Shown here: in pieces, positions 38,540 through 49,093 of the stretch
Numbering within the stretch: position 1 is the stretch's first letter
Layout of the letters: each line of letters begins with the position of its first letter
Source: Granulicella sp.
GTDB taxonomy: Bacteria; Acidobacteriota; Terriglobia; Terriglobales; Acidobacteriaceae
NCBI GenBank assembly: GCA_027339965.1
Contig: DAHWNL010000039.1
Coordinates: forward strand, 1-64,000
Reading direction: 5' to 3'
Length of the DNA: 64,000 nt
Program-made: the position numbers and the translations under genes
Notes under the pieces: model-generated
Told to the model about the DNA's origin: nothing
The model's database searches: none
Seen by the model: the letters and a program-made list of their open reading frames with translations, nothing else

Positions 38540-39271
38540 ATGGACTCGCATCTCCTCTTCCCGGCGGCCTTGATGGCTTTCTCCCACACCGCAGCCGGGG
38601 CTGCGAAGATCGCCAAAGGTTCCTTCCATCACAGCGCGGCTCTGGACTTCTTCTCCAGTCTGGGCCTGGCCGGCCTTTTCCTGATCGCCGTGGTCAACAG
38701 CACGTTTGTTCCATTGCCGGTGCCGGGCGTGGCCGATATTCTCATCATCCTGTACGTCGCCGCCCACATGAATCCTTTCTCTGTAGTCGCCATCGCCACG
38801 CTGGGCTCGGCTACCGGCGGCCTCATCTCTCACACCGCGGGCTCGGTGGGAGGCATGGCCTTCCTGCGCAGACACATCTCCCCGCAAACGCTCAGCAGGA
38901 TTACCTTTTGGATGGAGAGTCATCCGATCCTCACCGTCGCTCTGCCCGCCATCCTTCCCCCACCCATGCCGCTCTGGCCCTTCATTCTGGCCGCCGGTGC
39001 AGTCCACATGTCCCGCCGGGAGTTCATGTGGTCCTTCACCCTCAGCCGGTTTCTGCGCCACGGAATCGCTGCCTGGCTCGGGATCCGCTACGGAAGCCGC
39101 ATTCTCCACCTGTGGTCGCGCTTCAACGACCGCTGGGCCGATTCCATCCTGGTCGCCGTCTGGTCCATGCTGGGAGTCTCTCTGATCTTCGCCCTGTGGA
39201 GGCTCTACCGCGCCGCGCGCGAGCTCCGCTCCCCACCCCAGCCGCCATCCGGAAAGGCATTTCTGAAATAA
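38540..39271 (+). CDS. DedA/VTT-domain (YqaA-like) membrane protein
   Basis: TM helices, [31 protein letters not shown]. Confidence 0.8.
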   Translation: MDSHLLFPAALMAFSHTAAGAAKIAKGSFHHSAALDFFSSLGLAGLFLIAVVNSTFVPLPVPGVADILIILYVAAHMNPFSVVAIATLGSATGGLISHTAGSVGGMAFLRRHISPQTLSRITFWMESHPILTVALPAILPPPMPLWPFILAAGAVHMSRREFMWSFTLSRFLRHGIAAWLGIRYGSRILHLWSRFNDRWADSILVAVWSMLGVSLIFALWRLYRAARELRSPPQPPSGKAFLK

Positions 39272-39305
39272 GAAGGCAATCCTTCGCGGCGGGAGGAATG
39301 CCCGA

Positions 39306-40249
39306 TCAGGCCATGGCGGGGTCTGCCACCGGCGTCTTGGCCCAGACGGTGAGCGTAACGGCGGCAGAGAGAATCAAGGCTCCAACCAGGCGAAAGAACC
39401 CAGATGCTCGTGGAGAATGAAGACGCCCACAACAGAGCCGATCAAGGGTTCCATATTGAGCAGAACTCCGGCTTGCGAAGCCGGAACCTGGGTCATTCCC
39501 CAGTTCCATAGCAGGGTGGTGGCGGCGGTGCAAAGCAAGCCGCTGGCAGCCAGCGCGGCCCAGGCTTTGAACGAGACGCCGTGCCACGGTGGAGTTCCGT
39601 AAGCCAGGGACACGTGCAAGAGAAGCATCAGGGTGCCCGCAACTATTCCGTAGGCGGTTACGGCCACATGGTTATGCTGTTCCATAAGACGCTTGTTGAA
39701 GAGGATCCAGAACAGGGCGATAAAGAGAGAGGAGCACCAGAAGGTCACCGCCCAGCGTGGGATCGGCTCCGGACAGGGAAAACGGGCCAGCGGAAACCTG
39801 CGAATGAGATCCGCCGAGGACGACCAGAGCCGCGCCAAGTGTGGAGGCGGCCAGAGCGGCCCAGCCCACGCCACTGAGGTGTTCCCTGGCAAAAAGTGTA
39901 GCGCCGACCGCGAGGATCACCGGCATCGCGCCCACCATAAGCGCAGCGTGCGAGACCGTGGTGAGCGACAGGCCTTTGAGCTGGATGAGAAATTGGAGGG
40001 GAACCCGAGCAGGGCCGCAAACAGAAGCATCCCCCATTCGGCAGCGTTGAAGCGCGGGCGGTGAGCGAGCAGGAGGGGAAGAAGGCCAAGAGTTGCAAAG
40101 ACGAATCGGTAGAGGACGATGGCGCCGAAGTTCATCTCACCCAGAGCGATCTTGCCCAGGAAGAAGCCGCGACCCCAGAAGCAGCTGGCGAAAAATGCGG
40201 CCAGGAAGCCGAGAGCGCGATGCTTTCCGAAGGAGGACACAGGTCCCAT
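39306..40249 (-). pseudogene. EamA/DMT transporter pseudogene with three frameshifts (~40003, ~39725, ~39380)
   Basis: Consecutive DMT segments lie in four successive reading-frame blocks (FWG..GKIAL; GLSLTTVSHAALM; LLNMEPLIG; GALILSAAVTL). Confidence 0.88.
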
Positions 40250-40342
40250 TCTCGCCTCCGGCCTCTTTGGTGCTCAGAAGGACGAGCCGGGCATGCGCAG
40301 GGGCTCTTGCCTACCTCTGCGCATGCCCGGCCGCCCGCCCGG

Positions 40343-42520
40343 TTACCAGACCCGGCAATTGTTGACTGGAACCATCGGCGAGCCCTTCTTGCATCCGAAG
40401 GCGGAGGCGAAGCCGGGCTGGTTCACGATGGCGCCGTTGGCGCGGAAGTGGGCGGGTGAATGGGGATCGGTAAGCACCTGCTCGCGAACCGCCGCAGGAC
40501 GGACATTCTCACACCAGTTCTGAGCGAACGCGATATAGAAGCGCTGCGGACCGGTGTAGCCATCCACCTTTTTCTGCGTGTCGATGCCGTCCTGGCGGGC
40601 GCGATTGAGATAGGCGATAAAGGCCAGCACCAGTCCCCCGTTGTCGGCTGTGTTCTCTCCCAGGGTGAGCTTGCCGTTGACCATCACGTTATCCTTGGGG
40701 GTAGCTCCGGGAACGGCAACGAAGCTTCCGTACTCATGAACCAGACAGCCAGTGCGCTGCTCGAAGCCGGAGAGATCAGCCGCCGTCCACCAGTTGGAGA
40801 GGTTCCCGTTGGCGTCGAACTTCCTGCCCTCATCGTCGAAGCCATGGGTGAGCTCATGGCCAATGACCGCTCCAATATGACCATAATTCACGGCGAGGCC
40901 GGCGTGGGGATCATAGAACGGCGGCTGCAGGATACCGGCGGGGAAGTTGATGTCGTTCATGCTGGGGTCGTAATAGGCGTTGATGGTGGGTGGAGTCATG
41001 TCCCACTCGTTCTTGTCTACGGGCTTGCCGATCTTGTTCAGTTCCCGGGCATTTTCAAATTCACGGGCGCGCTCCGCGTCGCCCAGCGCGTCCGTCGGCG
41101 AGATATGCAGCTTGCTGTAGTCCCGCCACTTGTCGGGATAACCGATCTTGTCCGTGATGGCGCGAAGCTTCTCTTTGGCGCGGAGTTTGGTGGCGGGGCT
41201 CATCCAGCTCAGGGTATCAATGTCCTGATCCATGGCGGCTTCGATGTCATGCACCATCTGGAGCGTCTTTTGTTTGCTGTCGCCGGCAAAGTAGTGCTCC
41301 ACATAGACCTGGCCCAGCGCCTCGCCGAGGGCTCCGTCTACGGCTGAGGTGCAGCGCTTCCAGCGAGGACGCTCGGTGGGTACACCCTCCAGTTCAGTGC
41401 CGTAAAAGTGAAAGTCTTCAGCATCGATGGTCTGAGGCAGGTCGCTGGCGAAGGTACTCAGAAGATGAAAGCGGATATAGGCCCGCAGGGTGGCGAGGTC
41501 CGTCTGTTGGATGGCGGTTGCCATGGCCGGGAAGAATGCCGGACTGGCGTTCACCAGGGAGGTGATGGAGGGTGCCTGATCGGCCGTGAGGAAGGAAGTG
41601 AAGTTCAGAGGAGCAACGCTACCTTCAAAGGTCGTAAGGGATTGGGGATGGTAGATCGTCTCCGGGTCGCGGCGCTGGGTGTCGGTGAGCGAGGCGACGG
41701 CAAGCCGTGTCTCAAAGGCCAGGATGTGCTCGGCCTCGCTCTGGGCTTCAGTCGGAGCTTCGCCGGCGAGCGTGAGCATCTTGGCGACGAACTGGACGTA
41801 TTCGTCGCGGACCTGCTTGTCCTTGGCTCCGGTGCGGGTGTAGTAGTCGCGCTCGGGCAGGCCAAGACCGCCCTGATCGGCCAGGGCAACCTGCTTGCTG
41901 GAGTCTTTATAGTCCTGCTCTTCGCCAAACTCGAAGAAGATATTCACGCCCATGCGATGCAGTTGGCCGGCGAGTGAGAGAAGATTGGGTCTTGTGACCT
42001 CGTCAATCTGATGAAGGAGAGGCTGCAAAGGGGTGAGACCGAGACTGTCGATGCGGCTGGTGTTCATGCAAGCTGCGTAATAGTCGCCTATCTTCTGCTG
42101 GTTGGGGGTGCGGGATGGTCCAGCCGCGGCATACCGCTTGAGGATCCCGTTCAGTTCTCGGGTCGTCACGTTGTACAGCGTTTCAAACTGATTGACCGCA
42201 GGCTGATCAGAGGGGATGGGATGGTGGGCAGCGTAGTTGCCGCAGGCAAATTTGTAGAAGTCGTTGCAGGGATCGGCCGCGGTGTTCATGGAAGATAGAT
42301 CGAAGGCCGGCGCAAGCTGATCGCCGGCAGAAGCCTTGCGGGCAGATTTGCGGGGAGCCGCCGAACTGCTGGGCTGCGATGCTGCGGCAGAGGACTGTGC
42401 CGTCCCGGCGAGGGGCAGCGTGAGGATCGCAAGGACAGCAGCGAAGCGAGTCAGGTTGAGCAGACAGCGAATGGCCTTGCCGCACGGCAGGGCGGGATTG
42501 TGCGTACGAAACACATTCAT
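40343..42520 (-). CDS. M13 (neprilysin/PepO-like) metallopeptidase, exported
   Basis: DPCNDFYKFACG, INAYY, GHELTHGFD, GENTADNGG, DPHSP. Confidence 0.95.
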   Translation of the reverse strand: MNVFRTHNPALPCGKAIRCLLNLTRFAAVLAILTLPLAGTAQSSAAASQPSSSAAPRKSARKASAGDQLAPAFDLSSMNTAADPCNDFYKFACGNYAAHHPIPSDQPAVNQFETLYNVTTRELNGILKRYAAAGPSRTPNQQKIGDYYAACMNTSRIDSLGLTPLQPLLHQIDEVTRPNLLSLAGQLHRMGVNIFFEFGEEQDYKDSSKQVALADQGGLGLPERDYYTRTGAKDKQVRDEYVQFVAKMLTLAGEAPTEAQSEAEHILAFETRLAVASLTDTQRRDPETIYHPQSLTTFEGSVAPLNFTSFLTADQAPSITSLVNASPAFFPAMATAIQQTDLATLRAYIRFHLLSTFASDLPQTIDAEDFHFYGTELEGVPTERPRWKRCTSAVDGALGEALGQVYVEHYFAGDSKQKTLQMVHDIEAAMDQDIDTLSWMSPATKLRAKEKLRAITDKIGYPDKWRDYSKLHISPTDALGDAERAREFENARELNKIGKPVDKNEWDMTPPTINAYYDPSMNDINFPAGILQPPFYDPHAGLAVNYGHIGAVIGHELTHGFDDEGRKFDANGNLSNWWTAADLSGFEQRTGCLVHEYGSFVAVPGATPKDNVMVNGKLTLGENTADNGGLVLAFIAYLNRARQDGIDTQKKVDGYTGPQRFYIAFAQNWCENVRPAAVREQVLTDPHSPAHFRANGAIVNQPGFASAFGCKKGSPMVPVNNCRVW

Positions 42521-42698
42521 TGAAAGGTCTCCAAGTAGATTGATGTGGATTGGTTCTTTCACCCGTGAAACCGGAGCGATCTATATGAGGGGCGACGGAG
42601 AAAACAGTGTCCAGGGCACAGGACAGCTCGACAGAAGTAGTGTACGCGCGCCGGACCGAGGAGGTTCCGCGTCAACCGTAGCACAGAGCGCCGTCCAC

Positions 42699-42726
42699 AA
42701 AGAAGAGGCCAGCGCGCGGCTGGCCT
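42699..42726 (-). terminator. Terminator after rpsT
   Basis: AGGCCAGC-N5-GCTGGCCT followed by a U-rich tract on the minus strand. Confidence 0.6.
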
Positions 42727-42753
42727 GGTGGGTTGTGGAGATTTCAGGAGGGC

Positions 42754-43029
42754 TCAGGCGGCCTTGGTGACAATCGCCTTGACCCTGGCGTTGAGGCGGG
42801 CCTTATAGCGATTTGCGGTGTTCTTGTGCAGAACACCCTTCTGGACGCTTTTGTCCAGAATCGAAACGGTCGAGCGGTAGGCCGTCGTCAGCGTACTTTT
42901 GTCGCCTGCGGCGAGGGCCTCGCGCATGAAACGGAGAGCGCTGCGGAGCTTCGAGCGGTTAGCCCGGTTGACGGCTGTCCGGGTAAGGGTTTGGCGGGCG
43001 CGCTTGAGCGATGAAACGTGGTTTGCCAT
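42754..43029 (-). CDS. rpsT: 30S ribosomal protein S20
   Basis: [13 protein letters not shown]...[16 protein letters not shown]. Confidence 0.97.
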   Translation of the reverse strand: MANHVSSLKRARQTLTRTAVNRANRSKLRSALRFMREALAAGDKSTLTTAYRSTVSILDKSVQKGVLHKNTANRYKARLNARVKAIVTKAA

Positions 43030-43615
43030 GATGCGAGACTCTTTTCTTTTTGCCCGGGATTACCGTCTTGTGCCAGGCAACCAAAACCAGGCAGGAATGA
43101 AGGCTTAAGCGGGAAAATGGGATGCAGACCGGAAGCTGATGCGCTTCTCCGACTCCTCAAGAGCTGGGTATCGCAGTGCAGCCACTCCTCTGCAACTCTG
43201 ATTCTACGAGATTTATGTCAGCGGGTCCAGAGATAGGGCAAAAGAAAAATCTAGCCAAAGGTCTCGGGAATTCCTGGCGGCAGCGCCAATCCAACGGACG
43301 GCCTCGCCGCTGCGCCCCGGCCGCCGGAGGGATGCAACCGAGTGCGCCCTATGGTTCCGATTTATGCAGATGCACCTTGACGCGTGAAGCTGCTCAGGGG
43401 TACTCTCTGGGGCAAGATCGATACTCTATTGGCAAAGCTAGCCAATCCGGTCGTTCTACAGTGGGCGAGGGATGTCCTGGCCGCTGAGATCGTCAGTGCG
43501 CCATCGGGCGAAGTCGCACAATGCGATATAGAGTCGATGCTATTTCCCTTGCAGTCAGAACCGCGAGAGCGCAAGCTCTCTCCTTGCAATCTCCTGACGG
43601 AGGTCAGGCTACTAC

Positions 43616-44647
43616 TTGGTCAAAAAATCCCTGAATCTCACCCCTGGAATTGAGCCGCTGTATGGCACGCGCGACGAGAACCTTCGCCTGATGGAAGACG
43701 GTCTGGGCGTACAGATTGATCTTCGATCGGAGAGCATCCATCTGATGGGGGAGGCTGCAGCGGTAGCCCGAGTCGAGGGAATCTTCCTTGACTTTGAACA
43801 GCTTCGTAAACTGGGCGTGCATCTGCATAATGGCGAACTGAACGCCTTGCTGAAGATGGTGGTGGCTGATCCGACTGTGACCCTGCGGGGGCTGGTGGAG
43901 ACCGGCAAGCAGCGCGCGATTGGAGCCAAGCGCGCCGTGCAGCCGCGCAGCCCAAACCAGCGAAAATATGTGGAATTCATTGAGTCTCACGACATGGTCT
44001 TCGGATTGGGTCCAGCCGGAACAGGCAAAACCTACCTGGCCGTGGCCATGGCGGTCAGCGCACTGCTAACCAAGAAGGTTTCGCGGATCATCCTGGTACG
44101 GCCGGCGGTGGAGGCCGGTGAGCGGCTGGGCTTTCTGCCTGGGAGCCTACAGGAAAAGGTGGACCCCTATCTGCGGCCGCTCTACGACGCTCTCTACGAC
44201 CTGCTGGACCCGGGCAAAGTGGACAAGATGCTGGAGAGCAACGTGATCGAGATTGCGCCGCTTGCGTTCATGCGGGGACGCACCCTTCATGACGCTTTCA
44301 TCATCATGGATGAGGCACAGAATACGACCAGCGAACAGATGAAGATGTTCCTGACTCGCATGGGGAACCAGTCCAAAGCGGTGATCACAGGCGATCTCTC
44401 TCAATGCGATCTGCCCAACCCCAAGCGCAGCGGGCTGTTGGAAGCCTTGCGCGTCCTGGATGGAGTGGAGGGTATCCGCTTCTGCCATTTCGAGGATGTG
44501 GATGTGGTGCGGCACCATCTGGTGCAGCGCATCGTACGGGCTTATGACACTTATGATCGAGCCGAACAACTGCCCTTGGCCGTGGATGGAGTTCCGCTGA
44601 CCATCGAGGTAGAAGAGCAGCCCAAGCGAGTGCTGCACCCGCAATAA
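43616..44647 (+). CDS. phoH: PhoH-like ATPase
   Basis: GPAGTGKT, RPAVEAGERLGFLPG, APLAFMRGRTL, DEAQN. Confidence 0.96.
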   Translation: MVKKSLNLTPGIEPLYGTRDENLRLMEDGLGVQIDLRSESIHLMGEAAAVARVEGIFLDFEQLRKLGVHLHNGELNALLKMVVADPTVTLRGLVETGKQRAIGAKRAVQPRSPNQRKYVEFIESHDMVFGLGPAGTGKTYLAVAMAVSALLTKKVSRIILVRPAVEAGERLGFLPGSLQEKVDPYLRPLYDALYDLLDPGKVDKMLESNVIEIAPLAFMRGRTLHDAFIIMDEAQNTTSEQMKMFLTRMGNQSKAVITGDLSQCDLPNPKRSGLLEALRVLDGVEGIRFCHFEDVDVVRHHLVQRIVRAYDTYDRAEQLPLAVDGVPLTIEVEEQPKRVLHPQ

Positions 44648-44677
44648 TGCTTCCCCGATGTGTGGAGTTCACAGGTC

Positions 44678-44986
44678 ATGCCATGGCACTTCTATCTGCT
44701 GGACTTTCTGAGCGGTACGTTGTTGGTCAACGGTGTGCCGCACTTTGTGCAAGGACTCAGCGGCGTTCCTTTTCCATCCCCCTTCGCCAAACCGCCGGGC
44801 AAAGGTGACTCTTCGCCCCTGATCAATGCGCTGTGGGGATTCGGCAACCTGACGGCGGGAGCGCTGCTGCTGCATCGCTTCTCTCCGGTGAATCCTTGGG
44901 GGTGGATGACGGAGGGCGTCGGCGCCCTGGCAATGTCGGTGCAGCTCTCGATGTACTTTGGCAAGGTGCGAACCTGGCCCAGATGA
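44678..44986 (+). CDS. Small hypothetical membrane protein
   Basis: NGVPHFVQGLSG..FPSPFAKPPGKGDSSPLINALWG with 3 hydrophobic segments. Confidence 0.75.
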   Translation: MPWHFYLLDFLSGTLLVNGVPHFVQGLSGVPFPSPFAKPPGKGDSSPLINALWGFGNLTAGALLLHRFSPVNPWGWMTEGVGALAMSVQLSMYFGKVRTWPR

Positions 44987-45113
44987 TCCTTGCGCCAGAT
45001 GATCCTCGCGCAGGCTAAACACCAGGCCTGAAGCCGACTTCACCGATGCGCGATGAACACCCGGCGCGATGAACTTCCGGCGCTTCTTTGAATGCGATAG
45101 CATCGGAGCAAGC

Positions 45114-45650
45114 ATGATCACCCTGGAACCTCGCCGAGTGTCGGCCGCCAAGGATGGCAAGCCAGCGGTTGTAGTAGGCTCCGCGGCATGGAAGACGCTG
45201 GGATTATCCCGGGCCGGATTGAGCCGCTACCTGCGGGTAGCGCAAAAGGCAGCCGGGTTGCAGGGTGAGGTGGATGTTCTGCTGGCCGGAGACCGCACCC
45301 TGCGGCGCCTCAATCGGGAGTTCCGGGGGAAAGACAAGGCCACCGATGTACTTAGCTTTCCCTGCCTGGCCGAGACTGCCGGAGAATACGCCGGGGATCT
45401 GGCGATCTCGCTGGAGACAGCGCAGCGGCAGGCCCGGGAACACGGGCACACGCTGCGAGACGAGGTGCGGGTCCTGCTGCTGCATGGAGTGCTTCATCTT
45501 TTGGGGATGGATCATGAGACTGACGGCGGCACGATGGCCTTGCGCGAAAGCCATCTGCGCGCCAGGCTGCGCCTGCCGGATGGTTTGATCGCCAGGTCCA
45601 GCCGGGCAACGGCCAAGACAAAGTCAAAGCCCTCCAAGGTGCGCCCATGA
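45114..45650 (+). CDS. ybeY: rRNA maturation endoribonuclease YbeY
   Basis: LNREFRGKDKATDVLSF, HGVLHLLGMDH. Confidence 0.95.
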   Translation: MITLEPRRVSAAKDGKPAVVVGSAAWKTLGLSRAGLSRYLRVAQKAAGLQGEVDVLLAGDRTLRRLNREFRGKDKATDVLSFPCLAETAGEYAGDLAISLETAQRQAREHGHTLRDEVRVLLLHGVLHLLGMDHETDGGTMALRESHLRARLRLPDGLIARSSRATAKTKSKPSKVRP

Positions 45651-47017
45651 TCACGGGGTATGATCTGCTGGTGTTTCTGCTGCTGAGCCTTCTGGCGCTG
45701 GCGGCCTATGTTGACCGGATTTACTTTGAGATGGGCAAGTTTCTCGCCCGGGAGTATACCGAGAACATCGATGCCTGGGAGCGCGGCGTCGAGCCCCGAC
45801 TGAATCTCAGCCGCCAGTCCTCGGCGATGGCAGCCTCCGTTCTGCGCCAGCTTGCCTTAGGCGCCCTGGTGTTTCTGCTGGCAATCCATCTTCATGGCAA
45901 AATCGGAAAAAGCCCGGTAGAGATTGCGAGAACGGTCTTTGAGCTGCTCCTCGCGCTGCTGGTCTTTGACCGCCTGCTGCCGCAGATCTTCTTCACCAAG
46001 ACTGCCGGTGAGTGGACCTCTAGAATTGCCTGGCTGATTCGTGTGCTTTTCTATCTGGTCATGCCTCTGACCCTGGTCATCGGTCTGCTGCTCTCCATCG
46101 CCGGCCTGGCGGAAGCAGAGATGGAACACGCGGAGAACCCCGGCGAGGCCATGGATGCTCTGCTCGAAGCAGGTGAAGAGGAGGGTGTACTGGACGAAGA
46201 AGACCGCGAACTGGTGCGCAGCGTGGTCGAGTTTGGCGATAAGGTGGTGCGTGAGGTGATGACCCCGCGGCCGGAGATGTTTGCCGTTTCCGGAATGACT
46301 TCGCTGGAACAGTTCACCGCGGAGGTGAATGCCCATAACTTCTCGCGCGTGCCAGTCTTTGGGGACTCGCTGGATCGCATTACCGGTGTTGCCTTCGCCC
46401 GCGATCTGCTGGCCGTCCAGGATGCAGACGCCGCCCGCATGACCGTGGCGGAGCTCCAGCGCCCCGCTTTGTTCATTCCGGAGACCAAGAAGGTGAATGA
46501 ACTGCTCCGCGAGATGCAACAGCAGAAGCAGCACATGGGCATCGTGATCGATGAGTATGGCGGTGTCGCCGGCCTGGTCACCATCGAAGACCTGATTGAA
46601 GCCATCGTGGGAGAGATTGAAGACGAGCATGACACGGATACCGAGGGAGAGATGCCGGTTGCCGAGCCCGATGGGGCCTGGATCGTTCCAGGGAACTTTG
46701 AGGTAGCACGGCTGCGTGAGCTGCTGGAGGGGTTGGCTGCGAGCACGGCTTTCACAGAACGCTTAGAGGACGACGAGGAGACATTCGCCGATGTGGAGGA
46801 ACATCACGAAGAACAGACCCTGGCGCAACTGCTGATGAGGCATGAAGCCACCACCGTGGGTGGGTTGGCCAGCGAAATGGCCGGTCATATTCCGCTTCCC
46901 GGTGAGGTGGTCCAGGAAGGGCCATTGCGGCTCGAAGTGCTGGCATCGACGGACCGCAAGGTGGAGCGGGTCCGGGTGGGGCTCAGACGGTATCCGGCCG
47001 GAAGCACAGGGGCATAG
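45647..47017 (+). CDS. Hemolysin/CorC-HlyC family CBS-domain membrane protein
   Basis: TM N-terminus, VREVMTPR, FSRVPV, DEYGGVAGLVTIEDL, CorC C-terminus. Confidence 0.92.
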   Translation: MITGYDLLVFLLLSLLALAAYVDRIYFEMGKFLAREYTENIDAWERGVEPRLNLSRQSSAMAASVLRQLALGALVFLLAIHLHGKIGKSPVEIARTVFELLLALLVFDRLLPQIFFTKTAGEWTSRIAWLIRVLFYLVMPLTLVIGLLLSIAGLAEAEMEHAENPGEAMDALLEAGEEEGVLDEEDRELVRSVVEFGDKVVREVMTPRPEMFAVSGMTSLEQFTAEVNAHNFSRVPVFGDSLDRITGVAFARDLLAVQDADAARMTVAELQRPALFIPETKKVNELLREMQQQKQHMGIVIDEYGGVAGLVTIEDLIEAIVGEIEDEHDTDTEGEMPVAEPDGAWIVPGNFEVARLRELLEGLAASTAFTERLEDDEETFADVEEHHEEQTLAQLLMRHEATTVGGLASEMAGHIPLPGEVVQEGPLRLEVLASTDRKVERVRVGLRRYPAGSTGA

Positions 47018-47170
47018 ACGCCGGGCTCCATTCCTCCGCCTTCACGGGCTTTGGGCAGCGCGTAGTTCCCCTCCCCGCCGGTCCTCTGTGCGGGAGAGTA
47101 TCTCGCCGGAGCAGCAAGACGCACCCGGCTGGCAAGCGCACAGACTCACATCCGGTGTCATCATAGTAGG

Positions 47171-48325
47171 ATGGGACTTCGTACTGGCTTTGTTTCGATT
47201 ATTGGCCGCCCGAATGCAGGCAAGTCTACGCTGTTGAATGCCTTGCTGGGGCAGAAGCTGGCGATCGTGACGCATAAGCCCCAAACGACGCGGTCGCGCA
47301 TCCAGGGGGTATTGGATCTGCCGGTGCGCAAGAAGGCCAAAGGCGATCCGGGCCGGCCCGCCGCGCAGGTGGTGCTGGTGGATACACCGGGGGTCCATAA
47401 GCCCGAAACACAGTTGGATAGGCGCATGATGCAGGAGGTGCAGGATGCGTTGGAGTCGCGCGATGCGGTGATCTTTCTGGTAGACGCCACGCATCGACTG
47501 ACCGGTCCTCAAGCTGAAAAGCCCCATCCCATGCACTTGACGAGCGCCGATCTGGTCCAGACCACTTCTCAGACGCAGGAGCGCCAATCTCCATCTCAGG
47601 GACAACGGCGGAGAGCGCTATCAAAGGCCGAAGATGATCTTGCCCTTAACTTAGTCAAGCAAGTGGACTGCCCGGTGATTCTGGTGCTCAACAAGATTGA
47701 CGCGTTGCCCAAGCGAGCGCTTCTGCCGCTGATCGAGTACTGGAGTTCACAGCACGAGTTTGCCGAGGTGATTCCGATCTCCGCCAAGAAGCGGGAGGGT
47801 TTGGAACTTCTGCTGGATACGGTAGTGCAACATCTGCCCGAAGGACAGCGATACTTTCCAAAGAGCCAGTTAACGGATCAGCCGGAAAGATTTCTGGCAG
47901 CCGAGGTGATTCGTGAGAAGATTCTGCTATTGACAGGCGAAGAGGTTCCCTACGCCACCGCCGTCGTGATGGAACGCTATGAGGAGCCGGCTTCGCTGCG
48001 CCGGGGACGCGACGGGAAGCTCCCTATCACCCGGATGACGGCGGCGATCTACTGCGAGCGTGCCGGCCAGAAGGCGATCCTGATCGGGAAGCAGGGAGCC
48101 ATGCTCAAGCGGATTGGGACTCTGGCGCGCAAGGAGATCGAGAGTCTGCTGGGAACCAGGGTGTTCCTGGAACTATTTGTGAAGGTGCAGGATGAGTGGC
48201 GCAGTTCGCCTGGCTTTGTGGAAGATCTGGACTGGCGGCGGCAACTGGAGCAGTTGGCGGAGAAGCAGCATCGAGATCAAGGACTGGCGGAGAGCCGGAC
48301 AAGGCAAGTGGAGGACACTGTTTGA
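47171..48325 (+). CDS. era: GTPase Era
   Basis: GRPNAGKS, PQTTR, DTPG, NKID, KH domain ILIGKQG. Confidence 0.96.
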   Translation: MGLRTGFVSIIGRPNAGKSTLLNALLGQKLAIVTHKPQTTRSRIQGVLDLPVRKKAKGDPGRPAAQVVLVDTPGVHKPETQLDRRMMQEVQDALESRDAVIFLVDATHRLTGPQAEKPHPMHLTSADLVQTTSQTQERQSPSQGQRRRALSKAEDDLALNLVKQVDCPVILVLNKIDALPKRALLPLIEYWSSQHEFAEVIPISAKKREGLELLLDTVVQHLPEGQRYFPKSQLTDQPERFLAAEVIREKILLLTGEEVPYATAVVMERYEEPASLRRGRDGKLPITRMTAAIYCERAGQKAILIGKQGAMLKRIGTLARKEIESLLGTRVFLELFVKVQDEWRSSPGFVEDLDWRRQLEQLAEKQHRDQGLAESRTRQVEDTV

Positions 48326-48906
48326 TTGATTTCATGCAATGGGGAGCCGTTCTTGGCCTTAAGTCCCGGCCACGGCGCACGGCCGAACTGAAGGCCGGCC
48401 AACTGCGTCTGGTGGCGATCACCCCCGAGATGCTGCTGGCCGAGCAAGAGGCCGATGCGGCCAGATTGGGAAGCCTGCTGCGTGCCCGGCTGACCGACGA
48501 GTGGCCTCCGGTGGAGTGGGAGCCGTATTTGCACAAGATGATTCAAAAGCAGTACGACGAGTTGCCGGCGAGCTTCGGTTGGCACCGCTACGTTCTGCTG
48601 ACAGGCGGTCTGGGTCGGCCGCGCACGCTGGCAGGTGCAATTGGAGGCTTTCCCCGGGCGCATGGCGATGTGGAGATCGGCTATTCCACGCTGCCCGCAT
48701 TTCAGCGTCGAGGTTATGCGACGGCGGCTGCGCGAACCTTTGTGGCCTGGCTCCTCACACAGCAATGCGTCCATTCTGTCAGCGCGCAAGCCTATCTGCA
48801 GGTGCCGGAGTCGATCAAGGTGATGGAGCGTTGCGGAATGGGCTGCGTGGGCGAGGGTGATGAACCGGGGACGGTCCGCTATCGGAAGATGCGTTCGCTA
48901 CAGTAG
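48322..48906 (+). CDS. GNAT (RimJ/RimL-like) acetyltransferase
   Basis: VEIGYST..FQRRGYATAA, SIKVMERCGM; TTGA overlap with the era stop and GGAGGA RBS. Confidence 0.85.
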   Translation: MIDFMQWGAVLGLKSRPRRTAELKAGQLRLVAITPEMLLAEQEADAARLGSLLRARLTDEWPPVEWEPYLHKMIQKQYDELPASFGWHRYVLLTGGLGRPRTLAGAIGGFPRAHGDVEIGYSTLPAFQRRGYATAAARTFVAWLLTQQCVHSVSAQAYLQVPESIKVMERCGMGCVGEGDEPGTVRYRKMRSLQ

Positions 48907-48922
48907 CGGGCCGCTACTGTAG
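48898..48922. terminator. Perfect 12-bp inverted repeat at the end of the operon
   Basis: CTACAGTAGCGG-G-CCGCTACTGTAG overlaps the GNAT stop codon, between convergent genes. Confidence 0.5.
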
Positions 48923-49093
48923 GGGTACTGTTACGTCAGAAAGATCGACGGTCGCCTTTGCACGGGGGCGACCAGATCGGATTCTTTCGAGAGCGCATTA
49001 AAAAGCCAACGCCGCTCCTGGCTGACGCCCAGCGCGGATGGCTCCAAACCGCCTAGCTTCAAGCCAGCGGGGCCCAGCGAAGTTCCGCTATTG

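Noticed and set aside
43030..43210. Structured autoregulatory leader of rpsT
   Set aside because: Only short, weak stems seen; not distinguishable from chance without an alignment
44979..45010. 16-bp tandem duplication CCAGATGATCCT(T/C)GCG at a stop codon
   Set aside because: Two copies only; likely a local slippage duplication with no sign of function
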